Assembly: GCA_028288965.1 (NCBI GenBank)
Contig: JAQGHD010000023.1
Location: 7,249-71,248, forward strand
Origin: Candidatus Saccharimonadota bacterium
GTDB taxonomy: Bacteria; Patescibacteriota; Saccharimonadia; Saccharimonadales; JAQGHD01
Direction of reading: 5' to 3'
DNA: 64,000 nt
In this document: piece by piece, positions 28,336 to 36,787 of the stretch
How the letters are laid out: each line of letters begins with the position of its first letter
Position numbering within the stretch: position 1 is the stretch's first letter
The notes under the pieces: model-generated
The model's input: the letters and a program-made list of their open reading frames with translations, nothing else
Database searches by the model: none
What the model was told of the DNA's origin: nothing
Program-made: the position numbers and the translations under genes

Positions 28336-30897
28336 ATGAGTAAAAAGGTGAAGCGACTCTTTGAATCTTTTGAGCCAGCCCATTATGTGCTGGATTTGGT
28401 GCCTGATAAAGAGGTCCTGACATTTACTGGCAAAGTTACTATTACTGGCCGGAAAAAAGGTCGTCCCAGTCGCCGACTGACCTTCCACCAGAAAGGCTTA
28501 AAGATAACTCGCGCTGGGGCAACGTTTAAGGACAAAAAAACCGAGAAGCCAATTAGTTTTGACCGTATTAACACACATGACTCCTTTGATGAGCTGCGTT
28601 TACATAGTAAAGAATTACTTTATCCTGGCCAGTACACCGTCGAGCTGGAGTTTAGCGGCAAAATCACTCGCAGCATGGATGGGATTTATCCTTGCTTTTT
28701 TACACTCAATGGCCAAGAAGAGAAGCTTATCGCGACCCAGTTTGAAAGCCATTTTGCACGACAGGTTTTTCCTTGTATTGATGAGCCGGAGGCCAAAGCC
28801 ATCTTTGACCTAACACTTACAGTTCCAAAAAGTGAGGTAGTCGTGGCCAATACGCCTATTGCTTCAACAAAAATAGTTGGCACTATGCAACAGACCACCT
28901 TTGAAACCACTCCTAAAATGTCCTCGTACTTATTGGCCTTTGTGTATGGAAAGTTGGAGTACAAAGAAACCAAAACCAAGGACGGCGTGGTGATACGAGC
29001 TTATGCCACCCCAGAGAATGTAGGGTACACGCAGTATGCCCTGGATTGTGCCGTAAAGTGCCTGGAGTTTTATAACGAATACTTTGATATTCCCTATCCT
29101 CTGCCAAAATACGACATGGTTGCCCTGCCCGATTTTGCAGCTGGAGCCATGGAAAACTGGGGTCTGATAACTTACCGCGAACAAGCTATGCTAGTTGACG
29201 AAGCAAATACCAGCCTGCCCACCAAACAACATGTGGCCGTGGTAGTAGCCCACGAACTGGCACATCAATGGTTTGGCAACTTAGTAACCATGCGCTGGTG
29301 GACCGATTTATGGCTAAACGAGGGCTTTGCCAGCTGGATTGAATACCTGGCGGTCGATCATATGTACCCCCAGTGGGATATGTGGACACAATTTGTGGTG
29401 GATGAGCTGCAACCGGCCTTTAAGCTCGATGCGCTGGAAAACACCCACCCCATTGAGGTACCCATCAATCATCCAGATGAAATTCGGACCATTTTTGACA
29501 CCATCAGCTATAACAAGGGTAGTAGCGCTATACGCATGCTACATGACTTTCTTGGTCCCACGGCTTTTCGAGACGGTTTGCGGCATTATCTTAAGCAACA
29601 CAAGTACGGCAATACTGATACGGTCGATTTATGGGCAGCCCTGGAAGAAGTTTCTAAAAAGCCGGTTAAGCAGTTTATGCACGCCTGGACGAGCTTGCCT
29701 GGCCACCCGATAGTACTGGCTAATGTTGCTAAAAATAACGTATCGCTCAAGCAAGAACGGTTTTATTTTAATCAAAAAAGCCGGGAGGCCAGTAAACCAA
29801 CTATCTGGCCCATCCCACTCTTAAGCGAGGACAATAAGGCGCCGGACAGTGTTTCACAAGCGGCGGAAAGCTTTAGCGTGAGCCAAGGCGACACCTTTAG
29901 GCTTAATCACGGCCAAAGTGCCTTTTATAGAAGCATGTACAACTCAGAGCATCTAGCCAAACTAGGCGAGCAAGTAAGACAAGGTGCACTACCTCCAGTT
30001 GATAGGCTTGGACTACTAAGTGACGCCTTTGACGCTGCTCGAGCTGGCTACAGCAATACGGTAGATGCGCTCCGGTTGCTTACCTATTATGAAAACGAAG
30101 ATAACGCTGCCGTGTGGGACATTATTGCCGGTGGAGTTCTTGGTGTGCGAGCGGTTCTGGCTGACGAAAAACTGCGTGAGGACATGAAGCCATTTATTCG
30201 GCAATTAATTGCTACGCAGCTGAAAAGATTGGGCTGGGAGGCTGGCTCAAGCGAATCACACTTTGATAAATTGCTGCGTCTGACCATTTTGGGTATGGCT
30301 TCTGTGGCAGACGAGCCAAGTGTGGTGGACAAAGCACTGGGCATGTTTAGCAAAATGAAAAAGTCCGAGGACGTGACGCCAGATTTTCGGGCCCTTATTT
30401 ATAACACGGCTGCCCGCAATGGCGCCGAGCCAGAGTATCAAAAACTGCTGAAATTGTACGGCGAGACAAACTCTAGTGAAGAAAAGGTTAACCTAGCTTC
30501 GGCACTCACCGGCTTTAAGCAGCCAGCGCTCATTAAACAAAGCTTAAACTTAATAAAAACTGACGCGGTGCGGCTTCAGGACGTGGCTTACTGGGTGGTT
30601 TATAGCTTTATGAATCGTTACGCCAAGGACATGACCTGGGAATGGTTTAAGGAACATTGGGAGTGGATGGCTAAGGATTTAGCCGGTGATCCAGGTTTTC
30701 CTCGATTACCCGTGTATGCCGCCAGAGCTTTTACCGATAAGTCATTCCTAAAAGATTATGATGCGTTCTTTGCACCCAATCTTACTCCTTTAATTGACCG
30801 CGCAGTGAAGCAAGGTGCCGAAATAGTGGAGTGGCAAGCCGATTGGAAGCAGCGCGAAGCCAAAGCCGTCAAACAATTTTTTAAGGACATGGGTTAA
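28336..30897 (+). CDS. pepN: M1 family aminopeptidase
   Basis: TQFE, GAMENWG, HELAHQWFG-x-NEG, SYNKG, ERAP1-like C-terminal domain. Confidence 0.96.
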   Translation: MSKKVKRLFESFEPAHYVLDLVPDKEVLTFTGKVTITGRKKGRPSRRLTFHQKGLKITRAGATFKDKKTEKPISFDRINTHDSFDELRLHSKELLYPGQYTVELEFSGKITRSMDGIYPCFFTLNGQEEKLIATQFESHFARQVFPCIDEPEAKAIFDLTLTVPKSEVVVANTPIASTKIVGTMQQTTFETTPKMSSYLLAFVYGKLEYKETKTKDGVVIRAYATPENVGYTQYALDCAVKCLEFYNEYFDIPYPLPKYDMVALPDFAAGAMENWGLITYREQAMLVDEANTSLPTKQHVAVVVAHELAHQWFGNLVTMRWWTDLWLNEGFASWIEYLAVDHMYPQWDMWTQFVVDELQPAFKLDALENTHPIEVPINHPDEIRTIFDTISYNKGSSAIRMLHDFLGPTAFRDGLRHYLKQHKYGNTDTVDLWAALEEVSKKPVKQFMHAWTSLPGHPIVLANVAKNNVSLKQERFYFNQKSREASKPTIWPIPLLSEDNKAPDSVSQAAESFSVSQGDTFRLNHGQSAFYRSMYNSEHLAKLGEQVRQGALPPVDRLGLLSDAFDAARAGYSNTVDALRLLTYYENEDNAAVWDIIAGGVLGVRAVLADEKLREDMKPFIRQLIATQLKRLGWEAGSSESHFDKLLRLTILGMASVADEPSVVDKALGMFSKMKKSEDVTPDFRALIYNTAARNGAEPEYQKLLKLYGETNSSEEKVNLASALTGFKQPALIKQSLNLIKTDAVRLQDVAYWVVYSFMNRYAKDMTWEWFKEHWEWMAKDLAGDPGFPRLPVYAARAFTDKSFLKDYDAFFAPNLTPLIDRAVKQGAEIVEWQADWKQREAKAVKQFFKDMG

Positions 30898-31398
30898 ATG
30901 GTACCGTCAGAGTATCAATACGGTAACGGCTACATAGTTCTTAAGGATTTAGTGCTGGCTGGTCTGCCTCAAAAAATTGCCTTGCTTGGGCATGAGTTTT
31001 TTCCTAAATCTGAGTTTCATATTTCTTTGGTCTGCGTTTATAAGTTAGCGGCTCTCATCGATCCAAATAACAAGCCTCTCATCGAAAACCAGATAGTTGC
31101 GGAATTTACCCAGTTTGTACAGCAGCACCCGCTCAGTACCTACACGTTAACACCCAACTTTAGACATGTTCAGAGAGGTGAAAAGCAGACGCTAATTGTT
31201 ATGGCGACGGTGGCCGGGCTTGAGGATTTCTTTAAAACATTAAGCCAAAAATATGGTGTTGAATTGCCGCTGCAACCTGCCCATATAACGCTGTATAGCA
31301 TTAAGCCGGTAACGGGTATTGGCATTTTGTCGCCAGAAGAACTGGCACGTGATTCGCACCAGGTAAAAATAGCCGAGCTTGCAGCTTACTTTAGCTAA
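30898..31398 (+). CDS. 2H phosphoesterase superfamily protein
   Basis: Two HxS/T-hydrophobic motifs (FHISL, AHITL) about 87 aa apart. Confidence 0.7.
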   Translation: MVPSEYQYGNGYIVLKDLVLAGLPQKIALLGHEFFPKSEFHISLVCVYKLAALIDPNNKPLIENQIVAEFTQFVQQHPLSTYTLTPNFRHVQRGEKQTLIVMATVAGLEDFFKTLSQKYGVELPLQPAHITLYSIKPVTGIGILSPEELARDSHQVKIAELAAYFS

Positions 31399-31735
31399 GA
31401 TCATCTAAGAAGTCGGTCACTATAAACTCGGGGCCGCTGACCTCTACGGCGGCCAGTTGATAGTTGCCACTCCAGCGCGTCTTAGCTACCCATAGCTCGG
31501 CAGCAAAGGTCATTTGCTGAAGCTTTTTGGCAGTAATGTAATCTACTCCTGTGCCTTGTGTGTCTTTAGAACGATATTTTACTTCTATAAAATAAATAGT
31601 TTGATTTTGGCGGCCGACAATATCAATCTCGCAGTATCGAGTACGCCAATTTTGTTCCAATAGTTCTAGACCCTTTTGTTTGAGGTATTCCGCTGCTTTA
31701 GCCTCAGCCCGACGGCCAATTTGAAAGGTGGTCAT
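31391..31735 (-). CDS. yraN: YraN family endonuclease-like protein
   Basis: GRRAE..A..YL, NWR..CEIDIV, FIEVKYR; coupled to rnhB. Confidence 0.92.
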   Translation of the reverse strand: MTTFQIGRRAEAKAAEYLKQKGLELLEQNWRTRYCEIDIVGRQNQTIYFIEVKYRSKDTQGTGVDYITAKKLQQMTFAAELWVAKTRWSGNYQLAAVEVSGPEFIVTDFLDDLS

Positions 31736-32298
31736 GGTGCAGCTCCAAGCAAGGCCCGAACTGGCTTATAGCTGCGCCGGTGCAGCTGGCAAGGACCATG
31801 CTCCTGCAGTAGCGCGGCGTGCAAGCGCGTGCCGTAGCCAACGTGTTTTTCAAACTTGTAGGCTGGAAATTTACGGGCTATATCTGTCATGTAGGTATCT
31901 CTAGCTACTTTGGCAGCAATACTGGCGGCGCTGACTATAGGATAATGCTGGTCGGCCTTAACTACAGCCTGAACCAGTTTAAACTGATCTGGGCAGTAGT
32001 TGATATTGCCATCAATGATTATGTGTTCATTCACACGACAACCTAATGATTCTAGGGCCCGGCTAACTCCTAGGCGCATCGCCTGGCTTAAGCCCAATCC
32101 GTCTATTTCTATTGGCTGCACCCAGCCTTCACCAATGACACAACTTTCTTTTATAAGTAAGCAGAAAGCTTCCCGCTCGGGTCTGGTAAGTTGCTTGGAA
32201 TCTTTTAAGCCAACGGGAAGTTCCCGTATGGCGCGGGCCGCCACCACTAGCAATGGACCAGCCCAACTTCCTCGCCCTACTTCGTCTATCCCAACCAT
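31732..32298 (-). CDS. rnhB: ribonuclease HII
   Basis: GIDEVGRG, LKDSK, IDG, SAASIAAKVARD, HRRSY. Confidence 0.97.
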   Translation of the reverse strand: MVGIDEVGRGSWAGPLLVVAARAIRELPVGLKDSKQLTRPEREAFCLLIKESCVIGEGWVQPIEIDGLGLSQAMRLGVSRALESLGCRVNEHIIIDGNINYCPDQFKLVQAVVKADQHYPIVSAASIAAKVARDTYMTDIARKFPAYKFEKHVGYGTRLHAALLQEHGPCQLHRRSYKPVRALLGAAP

Positions 32299-32342
32299 GT
32301 TTTTATAGTAACTTACTATGTAGTCAGAGCTATAATAATCAC

Positions 32343-33002
32343 ATGCCAAACCTGGTGACACATGCCTACATAACTACAGAAGTTTTTCCAATGGCTACAC
32401 CGGATATGATAATGGGTAGCACGTTGCCAGACTTTGCGGGTATGTTCAAGGATTATAGGGCATCTACCTTCCTGCTTAGTCAATACGCCCTCACCTCAGA
32501 ATTAAAGCAAGGTATCGGTTTTCATACTGCTACCGACCAGGTTTTCGATTTATTGCCACTACGAAATCAATTACTGGCTGATTGTCGGTCAGACAGTGCC
32601 CGGCAGTTGCCCTTATTAGATAAGAAGGTTGCCGGCGTGTTAGCCAACATCGGCACCGACATACTTATGGACGTGCCTATTTTAGAAAATCAAAAAGGTC
32701 AAAATATATATGACGACCTAAAAATAGCCGTTTTATCAGGTAGAACGGCGCTTGCCGAAACATTTACCCCTAGTTTTACTGAGTTAGTGCAACGATTTTT
32801 TGCTACGGATAGGCCTTATCAGTATCGGGACACTACTTGGTTGACCGAAATGTTGCAACGGCGTTTTTACAAAAGAAATCCTAGATTATCATTTCCGGAC
32901 GAACTTTGTTCAGGTGTGGCTGATATGCTTCAGCGGCAGCTTGGTAGAATTCGCCAACATAGTCAGGTACTGCTGACTCAAACTATCGATACGCTTAAAT
33001 AA
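32343..33002 (+). CDS. hypothetical protein, AcpH (ACP phosphodiesterase)-like / Zn-hydrolase pattern
   Basis: MPNLVTH start, GSTLPDF, GIGFHTATDQVF, DILMD; TATAAT 6 nt before ATG 32343. Confidence 0.55.
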   Translation: MPNLVTHAYITTEVFPMATPDMIMGSTLPDFAGMFKDYRASTFLLSQYALTSELKQGIGFHTATDQVFDLLPLRNQLLADCRSDSARQLPLLDKKVAGVLANIGTDILMDVPILENQKGQNIYDDLKIAVLSGRTALAETFTPSFTELVQRFFATDRPYQYRDTTWLTEMLQRRFYKRNPRLSFPDELCSGVADMLQRQLGRIRQHSQVLLTQTIDTLK

Positions 33003-33530
33003 TTATTCTTTTTTGGCTTCGTCGTGTTTAGCTATGGCGGCTTCCGCCTTGGCTTCTTCTGCGGCTTGTTCTTTGGCCTTTGTGGCAGCTTCGATCTCAT
33101 GGTCGGCTTCGGCCTTGGCCTTTAGCTCTTCCTCGGCTTTTTCAGCATCTTCATCGCGAATAGTGTTCACGGCTTCTCGGTCAAAGTCTACGCCGCTCAG
33201 TCGAGCTGATTTGCCAGTTCGCTGGCGCATGTAGGTTAGGTAGTTACGGCGTACTTTGCTTCGCTTGGTAACTTCAACTTTTAGGACAAGCGGGGAGTGC
33301 ATGAGGTAGGTTTTCTCTACACCAATACCGCTGGCAATGCGACGAACAGTAATTGAGCTGGTGTGGCTGCCCTTGCGATCGGTGCGAATAACTAGGCCTT
33401 CAAAGATCTGGACGCGCTCTTTGCTGCCTTCACGAATCTTCTGGTGCACACGAACAGTGTCGCCCGACTTAACGTCTACGACTTGTTTCTTCTTGTACTG
33501 CTCATTAATTTTCTGAATAACAGATTGCAT
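33003..33530 (-). CDS. rplS: 50S ribosomal protein L19 with C-terminal extension
   Basis: GDTVRVH, ERVQIFEG, GIGVEK, KVRRNYLTYMR. Confidence 0.97.
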   Translation of the reverse strand: MQSVIQKINEQYKKKQVVDVKSGDTVRVHQKIREGSKERVQIFEGLVIRTDRKGSHTSSITVRRIASGIGVEKTYLMHSPLVLKVEVTKRSKVRRNYLTYMRQRTGKSARLSGVDFDREAVNTIRDEDAEKAEEELKAKAEADHEIEAATKAKEQAAEEAKAEAAIAKHDEAKKE

Positions 33531-33577
33531 AAAGAGTAATTCTACCTTATTACGGCTGATTCAGCAAGAGGTATTAC

Positions 33578-35182
33578 TTAGCCCACCACGCGGTAGACTT
33601 CTTCTATGGTGGTCAGGCCTTGAATAATTTTGAGTACGCCATCCTGAAGCATGGTAGTCATGCCGCTTTTAACAGCAGCAGCTTCGATCTCCTGGGTGGA
33701 TAGGTGTTTACCACCGGTTTGCAGCAGCTTGCGTATCTCGCCAGTCATTAAAAATTGCTCGCGAATGGCTACTTGGCGCTGGTAACCATAGGGGTTGTCG
33801 GCCGAACTGCCGGGTTTATAGAGCTTTACGCCGCTGAGGTTTGGCTTTTCCAAGCCCGGTGGCAAGCTATCAATAACGGCCTGAAGTTTTTGGAGCGTGG
33901 CAGCGTCTGGTTCATAGGCCTGCCGCGTGGACTCGTCTAAGCGACGGACCAAACGCTGAGCCATCACCAATCGTATAGCGGAAACAAACAGCGGGTTCTC
34001 GCCAATCACGTCCATGAGCCTGGTCAAGGCCGCAGCTGCCGAGCCGGCATGAAAGGTAGAAAGTACCAAATGACCGGTCAAGGAGGCCTGCAGTGCCGTC
34101 TTAGCGGTATCCATGTCGCGAATCTCCCCTACCATGACCACGTCCGGGTCAAGGCGCAGCACGGCCCGAAGCTTATCGGCAAAATTCGTCTGCTGACTGT
34201 TGGCTGTGGTAACAGATATCTGGGTAATACCTTCAAACTGATACTCTACGGGATCTTCAACGGTGATGATCTTACGCTCGTCGTTATTTAGCGAGTTTAA
34301 GATAGAGTACAGTGTGGTGGTTTTACCTGAACCAGTTGGTCCAACGGCCAACACCAGGGCTGAGGGTTTCTGGATAATATTATCTATGACCCCACGCTCT
34401 TTCTCCGATAGTCCAAGCTTATCCAGCACGTACATATCCTGACGCATATTAAACAGGCGCATAACCACGTCCATGCCGTTAATAGCTGGGACGGTTTCGA
34501 CGCGCAAGTTAATGTCGACCTCTGTGCCGTCAGCCATCCGAACGTGTTGGGCAATGTGGCCCTGCTGAGCATCTTGGGCTGAGGTAGAAATATTGCCGGC
34601 ACTGGCAATAGCCGAGATAAGCATCCGACATTTTTCTGGGGTTATTCGGGCAATGGAGTGTAATACGCCATCAATTCTAAAGCGAATACGCACGTATGTT
34701 TGCTGATTTTCCACATGAATGTCACTGGCAGCCAGCTTATGGGCCTGTTGAACTAAGTAGGCCAGCATATCGTCGGCCCGAACTTGTTCTAACACGGCCG
34801 AAACCTTCTTTACAATGTCGGCCGTGCCGGCGGTGTTGAGTTCGATGTCCTGGTAGGTAACTTGTTTGGGTGGGTCATAAAGCCGCATGTAGTCGCGATA
34901 GCCAGCCTCTGATATAAGCGAGAAGGTCACTCGCTGATCCAAAAACCGTTGCCGCAAATTGGTCATTGATTGTTGCGAGGTGGTATTAGTGACGCCAAAA
35001 TGAACATTATGCCCATCAACCTGCAGTGGTATAATGCGCAGTTGATAGAGGTCAGTGGCTGGCATCAAATCCTTATAGATTGGCTTGTTTCCGGGAGTGG
35101 AGGTATCAAAATAAGGCATGCCCAGTATTCGGGCCCGCCTTAAAGTAGTTTGCTCTTCGTCACGCCGAGCGTCTTGACTCAT
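33578..35182 (-). CDS. GspE/PilB family secretion/pilus ATPase
   Basis: ASDIHVE, RFRIDGVL, GPTGSGKTTT, TVEDPVE, LRLDPDVVMVGEIRD, TGHLVLSTFH. Confidence 0.95.
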   Translation of the reverse strand: MSQDARRDEEQTTLRRARILGMPYFDTSTPGNKPIYKDLMPATDLYQLRIIPLQVDGHNVHFGVTNTTSQQSMTNLRQRFLDQRVTFSLISEAGYRDYMRLYDPPKQVTYQDIELNTAGTADIVKKVSAVLEQVRADDMLAYLVQQAHKLAASDIHVENQQTYVRIRFRIDGVLHSIARITPEKCRMLISAIASAGNISTSAQDAQQGHIAQHVRMADGTEVDINLRVETVPAINGMDVVMRLFNMRQDMYVLDKLGLSEKERGVIDNIIQKPSALVLAVGPTGSGKTTTLYSILNSLNNDERKIITVEDPVEYQFEGITQISVTTANSQQTNFADKLRAVLRLDPDVVMVGEIRDMDTAKTALQASLTGHLVLSTFHAGSAAAALTRLMDVIGENPLFVSAIRLVMAQRLVRRLDESTRQAYEPDAATLQKLQAVIDSLPPGLEKPNLSGVKLYKPGSSADNPYGYQRQVAIREQFLMTGEIRKLLQTGGKHLSTQEIEAAAVKSGMTTMLQDGVLKIIQGLTTIEEVYRVVG

Positions 35183-35250
35183 AAGCATAAGTATAACCAA
35201 TGCTAGCTGCTTTTGTCAGCTAAACCGCCCAGTATTGTATACTTTGGTCC

Positions 35251-35754
35251 ATGATACGCGAGATAGTCCTCATTGCTCATAATTTGCGTAGTACACACAA
35301 TGTTGGCTCACTGCTACGAACGGCTGAAGGGTTGGGTATCCAGAAGGTATATTTAACTGGTTACACACCGTACCCACTTACTCAAAATGATACACGAATG
35401 CCGCACCTGGCCGCTAAACTTGCTAAGCAGATTAATAAGACTGCACTCGGCGCAGAAACCAGTTTGCAGTGGGAGCATGTCGACGATGTCATCAGTGTAG
35501 TCAGCCTACTCAAGGCCAATGGTTTTGAGATTATTGGGCTTGAGCAAGTCAACCAAGCTATATCGTTGCCAGATTATACGCCAACTGAAAAAGTCGCCGT
35601 ACTTGTTGGGCGTGAAGTAGAAGGCCTGGAACCAGAAGTTGTCGAAGCTTGTAACAAAATAGTCGAGATTCCCATGTTTGGTCAAAAAGAATCGTTCAAT
35701 GTGGTACAAGCAGCCGCCATGGCGCTGTATCATTGCCGATTTGCTGTACAATAG
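35251..35754 (+). CDS. TrmH/SpoU family RNA methyltransferase
   Basis: NVGSLLRTAE, GREVEG, IPMFGQKESFNV. Confidence 0.92.
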   Translation: MIREIVLIAHNLRSTHNVGSLLRTAEGLGIQKVYLTGYTPYPLTQNDTRMPHLAAKLAKQINKTALGAETSLQWEHVDDVISVVSLLKANGFEIIGLEQVNQAISLPDYTPTEKVAVLVGREVEGLEPEVVEACNKIVEIPMFGQKESFNVVQAAAMALYHCRFAVQ

Positions 35755-35759
35755 TCGTT

Positions 35760-36785
35760 ATGGTTGCACGGCAATCGCGTCCCCACGCCAAGCGGCAGGG
35801 GCGCCACCAAAAACACACAAAACATTTTCTCCAAGTCTACTGGCCATATATGCCGTTGATGTCTATTGTGCTGGCCGGATTATTTATTGCTACACCCTGG
35901 AAAACACCACAACAATCCGCTCAAGGTGTGCTGGCCTATGCCACTAACACCTCTGTGGACGGCTTATTGCAAGAGACAAATAATCAGCGCGCCAGCAGCG
36001 GTCAGAAGAGTCTCAGTCTAAATAGTAAATTGGTCTCCGCAGCCCAAGCTAAAGCGGCTGACATGGTAGCCAAGAATTATTGGTCACACACTACTCCGAG
36101 CGGCCAGCAACCATGGATTTTTGTTGATGCCGCAGGGTATAGGTACCAAAAAGCTGGCGAAAATTTAGCCTATGGTTTCACCACCAGCTCCTACACGGTG
36201 GCCGGATGGATGAATAGCCCGTCGCACCGCGACAATATGCTTGATAGTAACTTTAGCGAAGTTGGTTTTGGCATTGCCAACGCGGCCGATTACCAAAGTA
36301 CCGGACCAGAAACAGTCGTGGTAGCCTTTTATAGTGAACCAGCCGTCCTAGCTTCTAGCAGCGTAGCGCCCAGCTCTGGTGTGCCAACCACAAGTGCTAC
36401 CAAGCCGCTGCCCAAGAAGGCTGCGGCAGCAGCGGCTCCTACTCCAGCCAGCGCCGTACCAGTAGCCGCAGCCGAGCCTCCCAAGTCAGAACCCAAGACT
36501 GATGCTATTACGACTGAACGTAAAATTGCGGCTGAGCCCACTTCGCAGAATATCTCCCGCATTCAAGCCATAACTAATGGCCGCATGCCGTGGATCGGCT
36601 ACGCCACCGGGCTATTAACCGGTGCCGCCATTGCAGTGCTGATTTTAAAGCATGGTTTGGTACTTAAACGCATGTTGCTCAATGGCGAGCGCTTTATTTA
36701 CCATCACGCCCTGTTTGACGTCACAATTGTCTCTTTTATGGCATTGTGTATTGTCTCGGCCCACAGCGTCGGTGTTATTAGATAA
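35760..36785 (+). CDS. membrane-anchored CAP (SCP) domain protein
   Basis: AKAADM..NYWSH, AGENLA, WMNSPSHRDNML; TM at both ends, Pro/Ala linker. Confidence 0.9.
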   Translation: MVARQSRPHAKRQGRHQKHTKHFLQVYWPYMPLMSIVLAGLFIATPWKTPQQSAQGVLAYATNTSVDGLLQETNNQRASSGQKSLSLNSKLVSAAQAKAADMVAKNYWSHTTPSGQQPWIFVDAAGYRYQKAGENLAYGFTTSSYTVAGWMNSPSHRDNMLDSNFSEVGFGIANAADYQSTGPETVVVAFYSEPAVLASSSVAPSSGVPTTSATKPLPKKAAAAAAPTPASAVPVAAAEPPKSEPKTDAITTERKIAAEPTSQNISRIQAITNGRMPWIGYATGLLTGAAIAVLILKHGLVLKRMLLNGERFIYHHALFDVTIVSFMALCIVSAHSVGVIR

Positions 36786-36787
36786 GG

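Noticed and set aside
36400..36500. Low-complexity GCA/GCC-rich stretch as a repeat element
   Set aside because: Encodes the Ala/Pro linker of the CAP protein.
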